Under the pieces are notes generated by a model. It was not told the origin of the DNA. It was given only the letters and a program-made list of their open reading frames with translations, and searched no databases. The position numbers and the translations under genes are program-made. From Candidatus Kapaibacterium sp. (GTDB lineage Bacteria; Bacteroidota; Ignavibacteria; Kapaibacteriales; UBA2268): a stretch of 64,000 bases of DNA. The first letter of the stretch is position 1. Each line of letters begins with the position of its first letter. Where the stretch lies: assembly GCA_963665665.1 (NCBI GenBank), contig OY762428.1, positions 4,224,001 to 4,288,000 of the forward strand, written 5' to 3'. This document shows, piece by piece, positions 1 to 8,876 of this stretch.

Positions 1-1
1 T

Positions 2-1081
2 ATTGCAACCGCAAATAACGGCGTGAAAATTGTGGATGGCGGAAGAACACTAATTGCCGACAGGGGAAAATATTCAACCGAAACACTAATTGCTGATTTC
101 TTCGGTGATGTGTATATAACTGATGATTCTGCTGATATTTTTTCAGACAAAATCAGGCACTTTCGCGAAAACCAGAACAGCTTTGCTTATGGCAACGTAG
201 TGGTAAAGGGTAAATTTACAGACGTAATTCTTACCGGCGACAGCGTAGAACATTATCCAACAATGAATTATACATTGGCAAGAGGTAATCCCGTTTTGTT
301 CAAGATTGATACCCTTGATGAATCAGGCCCGGAAAATAATGCCTTAAAAGATACGATGAGTATCAGCTGCCTGAAGATGGAAGCATTCCGGGGAATTGAC
401 TTTGAATACTATGAATTCACTGACAGTGTGGAAATAGTGGGTAAAAATATCACTGCGAAATGCTCCCAGGCTGTATATGATAAATACAACGGAATGATAA
501 TTTTAAAAAAATTCCCGGTAGTATGGTATGATTCTACGCAACTTTTCGGCGATTCAACTGTTGTATTAATTGAAGATGAAAAAATAAACAAGATTGTTTC
601 ATTTAATAATGCCTTCGCGGCTTCAAAGGATGATACAATTGATATCCGGAGGATTAACCAGATAGCAGGGGACATCATTGAAATTGATATTGATAACAAC
701 AAGCTTACAGGGTTTGCAGGTTATGGAAATACCAAAAGTTTATACTATATGTCTGATGAGGAAACGTCGGACGGAGCGGATCAAAAAGTAGCGGACACAA
801 TTAAAATTAGTTTTGGCGGCGGCCAGCCTGAAGAGATAATATGGCTTGGCGGGGTTGTAGGGAAATATTATCCTGAGAATATTGTGAGTAAATCCCCGGA
901 GGAATACTATCTTCCTGATTTTAGAATTGAGAAATTCAGGCCGTCGAGAAAGATTTTCAAGGGAATAAAGAATAAAAGAATTATAAATGAGAAAGAGCTT
1001 CTAACACCTAAAACAGAAAAAATTGAAAAAAAATCGCAAAAATTGAAAAAAGATGTTGAAATTGATGAAAATATAAAGTAA
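2..1081 (+). CDS. OstA/LptA-LptD_N-like beta-jellyroll LPS transport family protein (5' truncated by window)
   Basis: Frame is open from base 2 (IATANNGVKIVDGG...). Repeated OstA-like segments (ADFFGDVYITD, FAYGNVVV, LARGNPVL, GYGNTKSLYY). Confidence 0.6.
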   Translation: MATANNGVKIVDGGRTLIADRGKYSTETLIADFFGDVYITDDSADIFSDKIRHFRENQNSFAYGNVVVKGKFTDVILTGDSVEHYPTMNYTLARGNPVLFKIDTLDESGPENNALKDTMSISCLKMEAFRGIDFEYYEFTDSVEIVGKNITAKCSQAVYDKYNGMIILKKFPVVWYDSTQLFGDSTVVLIEDEKINKIVSFNNAFAASKDDTIDIRRINQIAGDIIEIDIDNNKLTGFAGYGNTKSLYYMSDEETSDGADQKVADTIKISFGGGQPEEIIWLGGVVGKYYPENIVSKSPEEYYLPDFRIEKFRPSRKIFKGIKNKRIINEKELLTPKTEKIEKKSQKLKKDVEIDENIK

Positions 1082-1110
1082 CTTTTTCCCGATGTAAATG
1101 AAACCGGGAC

Positions 1111-4100
1111 ATGACAATGAAAACTACTACTACAATACTGACCTTATTACTATTTTTTAGCCTTCTCAGGGCTGACGAGCTTCCTGTTGATAACAACTCG
1201 GCTTTTGCCGGGAGGCATTTCTACGTCGGTTTTATGGAGAATGAAATTGTAATTCAGGATTTTTTGGATCTGAGCATCTATATCACAGTCTCGGATGATG
1301 CAAATATTACAGTTTTTCATCGCGGGGCTATGTCGCTTAGATATGAATATACTGTCCAAAAAGATTCTGTCCTGAAAGTGGAAGTTCCGGCTGTAAACGA
1401 GGTCAGGGATTCTGAAATTATTCTGAATTCCTTAACTGAAATTACTTCTGATGTACCGGTTACAGTTTATGCATTTTCCAGCCAGATTACAACCAGCGAC
1501 AGCTATGCTGTTCTTCCTGTTTCGCGTTGGGGCACGGAATACCTGACTGTAAATATGCCAAACGACCAATATTATATAGAAGGTGCTGTCGAGCCGGAAG
1601 ATTCTTTATATTTTCATTACCCGCGTTCAGGTGAGTTTATGGTAATGGCAGCGTATGATTCCACTGTTGTTGAAATTATTCCTTCAACAACAACCTGGCA
1701 AAGAAAACAGGCCGGAAGCGTTTACACTGAAGTTCTGAACAAAGGCGACTGTTATCTTGTTAAGTCCTATCCTGCCTCCCGTGGAACTTTCGACCTGACA
1801 GGGTCTTTCGTAAGGGCCAATAAGCCTGTGGGAGTGCTTTCGGGGCATGTAAGAACGGCAGTACCACAGGAGTTAGGGCCTCCATGGGACAGCAAAGACC
1901 ACCTTTGCGAACAGCTGATGCCAACAGAAATGTGGGGGCGCACTTTTGTTTCGGTTCCATTCGGCTTCAGTTCTCACGGAGATTACATAAAGTTTGTATC
2001 CCTGCATGGCGGTACTTTGATAGAAATGTTGAACGAGGATGTTCTTCAGGATATTCATATCAGCAAGTCTGGTGGAACCGAGCTGATCACCGGGGTAAAC
2101 AAGCCAACCGTATGGAAGTCTAATTATCCTGTACAGGTAGCACAGTTCATGGCTCATTCAGGCTGGATAAACGACAGCAGATATTACGACCCCTCTATGG
2201 TTATTCTGCCACCTGTTGAACAATTTGTAGACAGAATATTATTTCATACACCCGGCGATTCAAGGTATAACCCGGGTCAGTATATGAATCATTACATAAC
2301 ATTGGTTATGGATAAAAACGCTTACCAGTCTATTAAACTTGATTATAAACCGCTTGCTACATATTACAATGGTGAACCTGAGATAATTGTCGGGAGTAAT
2401 TTATATTGGAGCAGGATAGAAATTGATAAAGGCAAGCACATTATTGAATGCGATTCCGGAGCCTTTTCGGGTGTTATATATGGCAAGGGCCAGGCGGATT
2501 CTTATGCAATGATACTTGGTTCTTCCCTCAGGAATCCCTATTCAAATGATTCAATACCTCCGGTAGTTGATGTTAACGAACGCTGTGGCTATTTGAATGG
2601 TACTATCCGGGAATATATTGATGAGGCCAGCACAGGAATTGATTTTGTCCACGTGGTTGTGGATAGTACTGATAACTATGAGTGGGATATTGATTTTATT
2701 TCTGATACAGCTACTTACATTACTTTCCGTGCATGGCCTAAAGATATTTATACAGACGCGCAATTTATGATCGAAATCCGTGATAAGAATGGAAACGGCA
2801 GGGCTTATAAGCATAAATATTATGGAATAAGAACTTTTTATCCTAAAGGAATTTATATTCCGAATGTTGACGTAGGAGAGGTGGCCTGTTCTGAGTTTTT
2901 TATACAGAATGTAAATGACGGGCCATTGAACATTGTTTCTGCGGAATTTGCACTTGATGCCAGGCTGACTTTTGAGTCAGTGCCTGCTCTTCCTGCTACT
3001 TTGCAGCAGTATGATTCATTGAAATGTAAGGTATGTTTTGATCCCGGAACAGATACAACCACACTTTATGCGAAATTGATCCTTAATTATGATTGCGACC
3101 GCAAGCAGGAAATTCCCGTAAGAGGAGCTGTTGACGCTCCGTCGCTTTTGGCTTTGGACTACGACTTCGGAGATGTTTTGATAGGGCAAAAGCCTTGCGC
3201 TGAAACGTATATTATTAATACAGGCAATATGGTGGTAAGCATTGATAGTTTAACCTGGCCTGACGGCTCTGTGTTCGAAATAGACGATAGCAATGTCCCT
3301 AAAATACTTAACCCCGGTGATACCGTGCTTGTACCGTTGTGCTTCGAGCCAGCATCCAGGCAGCATTACGAAATTGGAGTTCTGGTGCATAATGATTTGA
3401 ACATTCAGGATGTTACTTTCAAGGTTAGTGGCAATGGTATTGCCCCGGAATTTGATTCAATTGTTCTTGACTGGGAAAACCGTAGGGTAGGAACGGTCAA
3501 TGATAGTTCTGTATGGGTTAAGAATACGGGTAATTCAATTGGGAGGTTATCTTTCGATACTATGATTGAAGGTGATAGTTATAACGACCAGAATACTAAC
3601 TTCATAAAGAGTATTGATATTGATATTAATCCCGCTGACAGCTCGCTATTTGATTTTTCTTATTCTCCTGCTGATACAGGCCGATATTATGTAAATGCAG
3701 AATTAGATGTTGACTGGACTCTTCACGAGTCTGTGTCATTAGAACTTATAGGTTACGGTACACTTCCGGAAATTGAGACTTATGATATTGAGTTCGATAC
3801 GACTGTTGTGTATAACCAGAGAAGCCTGATTGAGAAAGCTATAGCATCTTTCGGAAACGAGATTCTTACCGTTGATGAGATATATGTATCCTCAGGCGAT
3901 GAAGACGAGTTTGAAATTGATTATGATGCCTTCAAAAACTTGCTTATTCCATACTCCGGTACAGACAGTTTATTCAACATGCCGGTTATTTACAAACCAA
4001 CAACAATCGGAGACCACGAATTAATTCTTTCAGTGGTTCACGATGCCAACCCGAATTACGAACGATCAGAAAAGCAAATTCGTATAACCGGTGTAGCAAT

Positions 4101-5151
4101 CCCGGCAGATACATTCAAAATTGATATGACCGTTGATGAACCGGATGTTGTTCTTCCCTGCCATGATAATCCATATATCATTAAATATGAAAATGACGGA
4201 GATATCAATGCAAGGCTTGATACGGTAATTATTACAGGAGAAGGCGTAATTATCGAGCCTGACCAGACAATAACCTACCCTATAGATTTCGCAGTGGGCG
4301 AAGAAATAGATATTCCATTGAACGTTATTCCGGAATCTAAAGCAGAAGCAAAATTTACAGCGGAGGCCGAGTTTTATATTCCGGATAGCCTTAGTAGTTA
4401 TTTTCTTTCAAGGGAAATTGAAGTCCTTCCTTCCCCCGAGAAAGTCATTATTAATGCCATACCGCTTGTAGAATCTTACCCCGGGGATACTGTAAAATTA
4501 GATATAAGCGGAAAATTACCCTACATACCTGAAATAGGTTCAGATTTTTCTTTTAGTCTGAATATCAGGATGGAAGATTTTTATTTGTTAAACAAACAGA
4601 GCGAATTAATTCTCTCTAACGATGAAGGCGATAAGCAAAAAATTCAAATTCAGCTTGTCCAAAGCCTGAATAATGTGCAGTTTAGTTTGCCTGCCAATAG
4701 CATTCCGGGCGGGAAATTCGATAATTGGAGTTTGTCGATTACATTCCTGACACTGCTTGGCACTACAGAACAACAAATAGTAACATTACAGGCATTTTCC
4801 GAACCGTGTTACGACGGCGGAAACATTGATTTGGATATGCTAATTGAAGAAGTTTGCATTTTTAGCTTGCGTAGTGTGGAATTAATTACTAACTTGCCGG
4901 GAGTGGAGGTTTATCCTAATCCTGCTAATGCAGTGATTAAAGCAAATGTGTTTTTACCGGAATCAACAGAGGCGAACATTGTTATTTATAGTGCAGAAGG
5001 TAAGAAAATTAGGGAAGAAACGAATTTATATTTGGAAAAAGGTTCACATTCCCTTATATTCGACGTTAGCTTTTTGCAAAATGGAGTTTACGTGTTTTCG
5101 GTTCAGACAGTTGATTACATAAAGAATTATATGTTTATTATTTCAAAGTAG
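1111..5151 (+). CDS. Secreted protein: IgGFc-binding-like N-terminal domain, Ig-like ASH/choice-of-anchor D repeats, T9SS type A C-terminal domain
   Basis: Signal peptide; GRHFYVGFMEN, SDSYAVLPVSRWGTEY, DHLCEQLMP, DPSMVILPP motifs; DFGDV/NTGN Ig repeats; C-terminal YPNP...NGVY...MFIISK. Confidence 0.8.
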   Translation: MTMKTTTTILTLLLFFSLLRADELPVDNNSAFAGRHFYVGFMENEIVIQDFLDLSIYITVSDDANITVFHRGAMSLRYEYTVQKDSVLKVEVPAVNEVRDSEIILNSLTEITSDVPVTVYAFSSQITTSDSYAVLPVSRWGTEYLTVNMPNDQYYIEGAVEPEDSLYFHYPRSGEFMVMAAYDSTVVEIIPSTTTWQRKQAGSVYTEVLNKGDCYLVKSYPASRGTFDLTGSFVRANKPVGVLSGHVRTAVPQELGPPWDSKDHLCEQLMPTEMWGRTFVSVPFGFSSHGDYIKFVSLHGGTLIEMLNEDVLQDIHISKSGGTELITGVNKPTVWKSNYPVQVAQFMAHSGWINDSRYYDPSMVILPPVEQFVDRILFHTPGDSRYNPGQYMNHYITLVMDKNAYQSIKLDYKPLATYYNGEPEIIVGSNLYWSRIEIDKGKHIIECDSGAFSGVIYGKGQADSYAMILGSSLRNPYSNDSIPPVVDVNERCGYLNGTIREYIDEASTGIDFVHVVVDSTDNYEWDIDFISDTATYITFRAWPKDIYTDAQFMIEIRDKNGNGRAYKHKYYGIRTFYPKGIYIPNVDVGEVACSEFFIQNVNDGPLNIVSAEFALDARLTFESVPALPATLQQYDSLKCKVCFDPGTDTTTLYAKLILNYDCDRKQEIPVRGAVDAPSLLALDYDFGDVLIGQKPCAETYIINTGNMVVSIDSLTWPDGSVFEIDDSNVPKILNPGDTVLVPLCFEPASRQHYEIGVLVHNDLNIQDVTFKVSGNGIAPEFDSIVLDWENRRVGTVNDSSVWVKNTGNSIGRLSFDTMIEGDSYNDQNTNFIKSIDIDINPADSSLFDFSYSPADTGRYYVNAELDVDWTLHESVSLELIGYGTLPEIETYDIEFDTTVVYNQRSLIEKAIASFGNEILTVDEIYVSSGDEDEFEIDYDAFKNLLIPYSGTDSLFNMPVIYKPTTIGDHELILSVVHDANPNYERSEKQIRITGVAIPADTFKIDMTVDEPDVVLPCHDNPYIIKYENDGDINARLDTVIITGEGVIIEPDQTITYPIDFAVGEEIDIPLNVIPESKAEAKFTAEAEFYIPDSLSSYFLSREIEVLPSPEKVIINAIPLVESYPGDTVKLDISGKLPYIPEIGSDFSFSLNIRMEDFYLLNKQSELILSNDEGDKQKIQIQLVQSLNNVQFSLPANSIPGGKFDNWSLSITFLTLLGTTEQQIVTLQAFSEPCYDGGNIDLDMLIEEVCIFSLRSVELITNLPGVEVYPNPANAVIKANVFLPESTEANIVIYSAEGKKIREETNLYLEKGSHSLIFDVSFLQNGVYVFSVQTVDYIKNYMFIISK

Positions 5152-5155
5152 ATAG

Positions 5156-6016
5156 GTGCAAACTATGAAAGTCCGTTTTCTACCTTTAGCAATTCTTGCA
5201 CTGATATGGATGTTCCCGACCGATATTCTGGCTCAGGATGATGCCACGGATAACCCTCTTATGCCTCAAACAAGGCGTAAGCCCATCTATATTGGCCCTA
5301 CAGTCGGTTTTAACAGGTCGATCCATAGTGTGGAACTTGCTTCGTTCGTTGACGATCCCCTGTGTCCCTTCTTCCCTAATGGAACTGCAAATGGTTTCTG
5401 GGTTGGATTAACAGGTGAGTATTTGCTCGGTAATGTAAAGAACTCAAATTCCTCGATAATTGCAAGGGTTCTGTATAACCGCCTTCCTGCATCTTTTGAT
5501 AAAGAAGGTAGTATCTATCCTTCCATGGTTTCGCAAATCGTGGGGCCGGATACAAACACAGTGATAATGGAATCTGCAACATCTCATGGTATTTCTGTTA
5601 CTTATGACCTGATAACTGCAGAAGTATGTTACAAATTGAATCTGTTCAATACCAATTTTGGTATTACGATTGGCCCGACATTCGATTTTGCAATGTCAAA
5701 AAATATTGAGCAAACTTTTGAACTCACGTATCCGATGAACGCTAAGTTCGTTTATAATCAGGAAGCCATCGACAACGGAACTATTGTAAGATATGAAAAT
5801 AATCAGCGCAAGATTGTAGTTAAAGATGGTGATATTGAAGGGTCAAGCTCTTTCAGGCTTGGTATCAAAGCCGGTGTACAATATGAAATACTCATGGGCA
5901 GGATGTATATTGTTCCCGCAGCATATTACAACTATGGTATTCTTAAACTTACCGACATGGAAGACTGGTATGTACACGCGTTGCAAATCGGTGTTGATGT
6001 CAGGTTCGCACTCTAA
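5156..6016 (+). CDS. Outer-membrane beta-barrel protein
   Basis: Signal peptide, alternating beta-strand pattern, C-terminal GVDVRFAL; 4 nt after the T9SS gene. ATG at 5165 is an alternative start. Confidence 0.7.
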   Translation: MQTMKVRFLPLAILALIWMFPTDILAQDDATDNPLMPQTRRKPIYIGPTVGFNRSIHSVELASFVDDPLCPFFPNGTANGFWVGLTGEYLLGNVKNSNSSIIARVLYNRLPASFDKEGSIYPSMVSQIVGPDTNTVIMESATSHGISVTYDLITAEVCYKLNLFNTNFGITIGPTFDFAMSKNIEQTFELTYPMNAKFVYNQEAIDNGTIVRYENNQRKIVVKDGDIEGSSSFRLGIKAGVQYEILMGRMYIVPAAYYNYGILKLTDMEDWYVHALQIGVDVRFAL

Positions 6017-6071
6017 AATTCAAATCTGATTTTTGAATTAGAGATTTTTTAGAATAAAATTCGTATTTTAG

Positions 6072-6103
6072 AGCGCTTGCTAAAACAGCAGGCGCTTTTT
6101 TTT
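6072..6103 (+). terminator. Intrinsic terminator
   Basis: agcgcttgct-aaaac-agcaggcgct hairpin followed by a T run. Confidence 0.75.
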
Positions 6104-6126
6104 GTTTCAGCTGTAAGAAAGTGATT

Positions 6127-6645
6127 ATGGATGTATTATGGGCTCCGTGGCGATCAGAATATATTGAAACATTCAAAGATGAAGCCAAAAAGAAAAAAGA
6201 GGATTGTTTCTTTTGCGAAGCAATTGAAAGGCCCGAAGAAGATGTGAAAAGGTTTGTTGTTGCAAGAAGAGAACACACGATTGTAATATTGAACAAGTTT
6301 CCTTATAACAACGGGCATACTCTTGTAGCACCGCTCAGGCATATCGGGGAACAGGATGAACTCAGCGATGAAGAATATATTGAACTTATGCTGCTTCTAA
6401 GGCAAACCAAGAAGGTGCTTGAGGAAATATATCATCCTCACGGGTTCAATGTGGGTGCCAACCTGGGAAGAACAGCAGGAGCAGGAGTCCCCGGGCACAT
6501 GCATTATCATATCGTACCCCGCTGGAATGGTGACAGCAGTTTTATGACGGTTTTTGCAGGTATAAATGTTGTATCCGAGGCTATGCACAAAACAAGAGAT
6601 ATGATGGAGAAAATATTTACAGAAAAATATCCGGTTGTTGAATAA
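6127..6645 (+). CDS. HIT family nucleotide hydrolase (Ap4A hydrolase/phosphorylase-like)
   Basis: LWAPWR, CFFC, NKFPYNNGH and HMHYHIVPRW histidine triad. Confidence 0.9.
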   Translation: MDVLWAPWRSEYIETFKDEAKKKKEDCFFCEAIERPEEDVKRFVVARREHTIVILNKFPYNNGHTLVAPLRHIGEQDELSDEEYIELMLLLRQTKKVLEEIYHPHGFNVGANLGRTAGAGVPGHMHYHIVPRWNGDSSFMTVFAGINVVSEAMHKTRDMMEKIFTEKYPVVE

Positions 6646-7475
6646 TGGCAATTAAGCCCAAAAAATCACTGGGGCAGAACTTCCTGAAGGACAGGAATAT
6701 TATTTTAAAAATTGCGGCCCTTGCCAATCCGGATCTGCCTGTTATAGAGATTGGCCCCGGCACAGGTGCGCTAACCGAAGAATTACTAAAAAAATTTCCG
6801 GGCTTGAAAGCAATAGAAATTGATAGCAGGGCCATTGAAGTTCTAAAGGAAAAATTCCCTTACGGAGAATACCCCGATTTTGAAATTATTCATTCCGATA
6901 TTTTAAAAACAGATATTAGCGCTATATATAAAAAGGACTTCCAGGTGATGGGAAATATACCGTATTATATTTCCAGCCAGATATTCTTTCAATTATATGA
7001 TGCAACCGGTTATTTGAAACAGGCGGTTTTAATGATCCAAAAAGATCTTGCCAAAAGGCTGATAGCACCTGTAGGCAGAAAAGATTACGGCATTCTTACT
7101 ATTGCAATGGCTTTGAAAGGAAAGTGTACGATAGAATTTGATGTGTCCCCTCATTGCTTCTACCCTCAGCCGAAAGTAACTTCATCAGTTATAAAAATGG
7201 TTTTTAATCCTGTTGTCAACGATTCTGATTTTAAGTCGATTATGAGGATTGTTCGTATAGCTTTCAGCCAGAGAAGAAAAGTTCTCGGAAATTGCCTGAA
7301 ACCGATTATTAACGCGTTACCTGACGGTAAAGAGGAGTTTATTGGCAGATTGAATAAGGTTGGTATGGATGCAGAAAAAACTCTTAGGCAAAGAGCCGAA
7401 CAACTGACAATAGATGAGTATATTCTGCTTAACAAATGTTTAAACCAAAATATTATTGATAACAGTAGCAGGTGA
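6645..7475 (+). CDS. rsmA: 16S rRNA m6(2)A1518/1519 dimethyltransferase
   Basis: PKKSLGQNFL, IEIGPGTGALT, GNIPYYIS, FYPQPKVTS, FSQRRK motifs. Confidence 0.95.
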   Translation: MAIKPKKSLGQNFLKDRNIILKIAALANPDLPVIEIGPGTGALTEELLKKFPGLKAIEIDSRAIEVLKEKFPYGEYPDFEIIHSDILKTDISAIYKKDFQVMGNIPYYISSQIFFQLYDATGYLKQAVLMIQKDLAKRLIAPVGRKDYGILTIAMALKGKCTIEFDVSPHCFYPQPKVTSSVIKMVFNPVVNDSDFKSIMRIVRIAFSQRRKVLGNCLKPIINALPDGKEEFIGRLNKVGMDAEKTLRQRAEQLTIDEYILLNKCLNQNIIDNSSR

Positions 7476-8413
7476 AATTGAAAAACTCATTAAAGAAAAT
7501 ACCTGTCCTTACAGCATCGGATCTTTATATTCTGGTGATGCTGATCATATATACATGCTTCGCTGTTATTTATAGCAATACTCTTGATAATGCTCCCGAG
7601 TTAATAATATTGAATTTATCATGTTCGGCAATATTTGTCGGAATAGCTTTTATTGGCAAAAAATTTGCAGGCCAAAGGTGGTTTTTCCTGCTCCGCAGAT
7701 TATATATATTTCCCTTTCTATTTCTGGTATATAGCCAGATACAATTTTATATCAGGGAAATTAATCCCCTGCTGTATGATGATATACTAATAAGTTGGGA
7801 TAAATGGCTGCTTGGTGTGAATCCTACACAATGGCTTATGAATATTTCAAATCCTGTTTTAACCGAGTACCTGCAATTTTCATATATAACATATTTTTTT
7901 CTTCCATTATTCCTGGGCATTGAAATTCATTTCAGAAAATCGCGCCAGGCATTCAATGATTTTGCCGGTTTGATAGTCTTTTCATTATTTTTCTCTTACC
8001 TGCTTTATCTAATTATGCCGGCAGTGGGGCCCCGTTTTTTCCTTCATGATTTTGCAACTACTGATTTGGAATTGCCGGGGATTTTCCTTGCTGAACATTT
8101 TCGTGCTTTTGTCAATTGGGGAGGGGGGCTTTCACCGGGGGATATTAATCCGCATTTAATTGTAAACAGGGATTGCATGCCCAGCGGGCATACCTGGATA
8201 TCACTTATGACGATAGTTCTGGCATTCAGAAATAATTCAAGAATTAAATACCTGATACTTGTGATTGGAAGCAGCCTGATATTTTCTACTGTTTACCTGA
8301 GATATCACTATGTGGTAGATGTTATTGCCGGTATTACGCTTTGCCTGGTCACTCTCAGGCTTGAACCGTCAATCAGGAAGTTCCTGCAAAATAAAAAATT
8401 AATAAGCGGGTAG
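7472..8413 (+). CDS. Membrane PAP2-superfamily protein (AUR1/IPC-synthase-like)
   Basis: Multiple TM helices; PAVGPR, CMPSGH and STVYLRYHYVVD motifs. Confidence 0.8.
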   Translation: MKLKNSLKKIPVLTASDLYILVMLIIYTCFAVIYSNTLDNAPELIILNLSCSAIFVGIAFIGKKFAGQRWFFLLRRLYIFPFLFLVYSQIQFYIREINPLLYDDILISWDKWLLGVNPTQWLMNISNPVLTEYLQFSYITYFFLPLFLGIEIHFRKSRQAFNDFAGLIVFSLFFSYLLYLIMPAVGPRFFLHDFATTDLELPGIFLAEHFRAFVNWGGGLSPGDINPHLIVNRDCMPSGHTWISLMTIVLAFRNNSRIKYLILVIGSSLIFSTVYLRYHYVVDVIAGITLCLVTLRLEPSIRKFLQNKKLISG

Positions 8414-8427
8414 CATTTAAGGATATT

Positions 8428-8461
8428 AATAAACAACTGATCCCGTAATTGAGATCAGTTG
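8428..8461 (-). terminator. Hairpin between convergent genes; likely terminator for the minus-strand gene
   Basis: caactgatc...gatcagttg stem followed by TTTATT on the minus strand. Confidence 0.55.
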
Positions 8462-8484
8462 CCGAATCAGTGGAAAAAAATTGC

Positions 8485-8781
8485 TTACATCTCTTCTATC
8501 AGTTCAAGGAAACGTTTGTAAGGAATTGCCACTATGCTTTTGGCTTCAAGAGCCCCGTTCTCAAGACTAATCATTGATACTTTTGCTGCCGATTCTTCGT
8601 CCGGAGCTTCATAAATATCAATAAAATCATATTGTCCGAAAATTGCATAATGAGCAAGGAACTTAATTTCAGGACATTTTTCTTTCACCTGATCCAGCCA
8701 GGCCCTGCCGATTTTGGCCCTTTCTTTTAAATGCTGGGCTATTTCGGGGGTTAATTTGGTCATTAATATAAATGTTTTCAT
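8485..8781 (-). CDS. GYD domain-containing protein
   Basis: YAIFGQYDFIDIYEAPD motif; ATG at 8781 preceded by GGAG. Confidence 0.85.
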   Translation of the reverse strand: MKTFILMTKLTPEIAQHLKERAKIGRAWLDQVKEKCPEIKFLAHYAIFGQYDFIDIYEAPDEESAAKVSMISLENGALEAKSIVAIPYKRFLELIEEM

Positions 8782-8876
8782 AGCTTGGCTCCCGAAGAAA
8801 TTATACAAAATCCGGGATTAGCAAACTGCTAAATCCTATTATAAGATAAGCTATTTTTTGATAAAATCAAGAAAAA

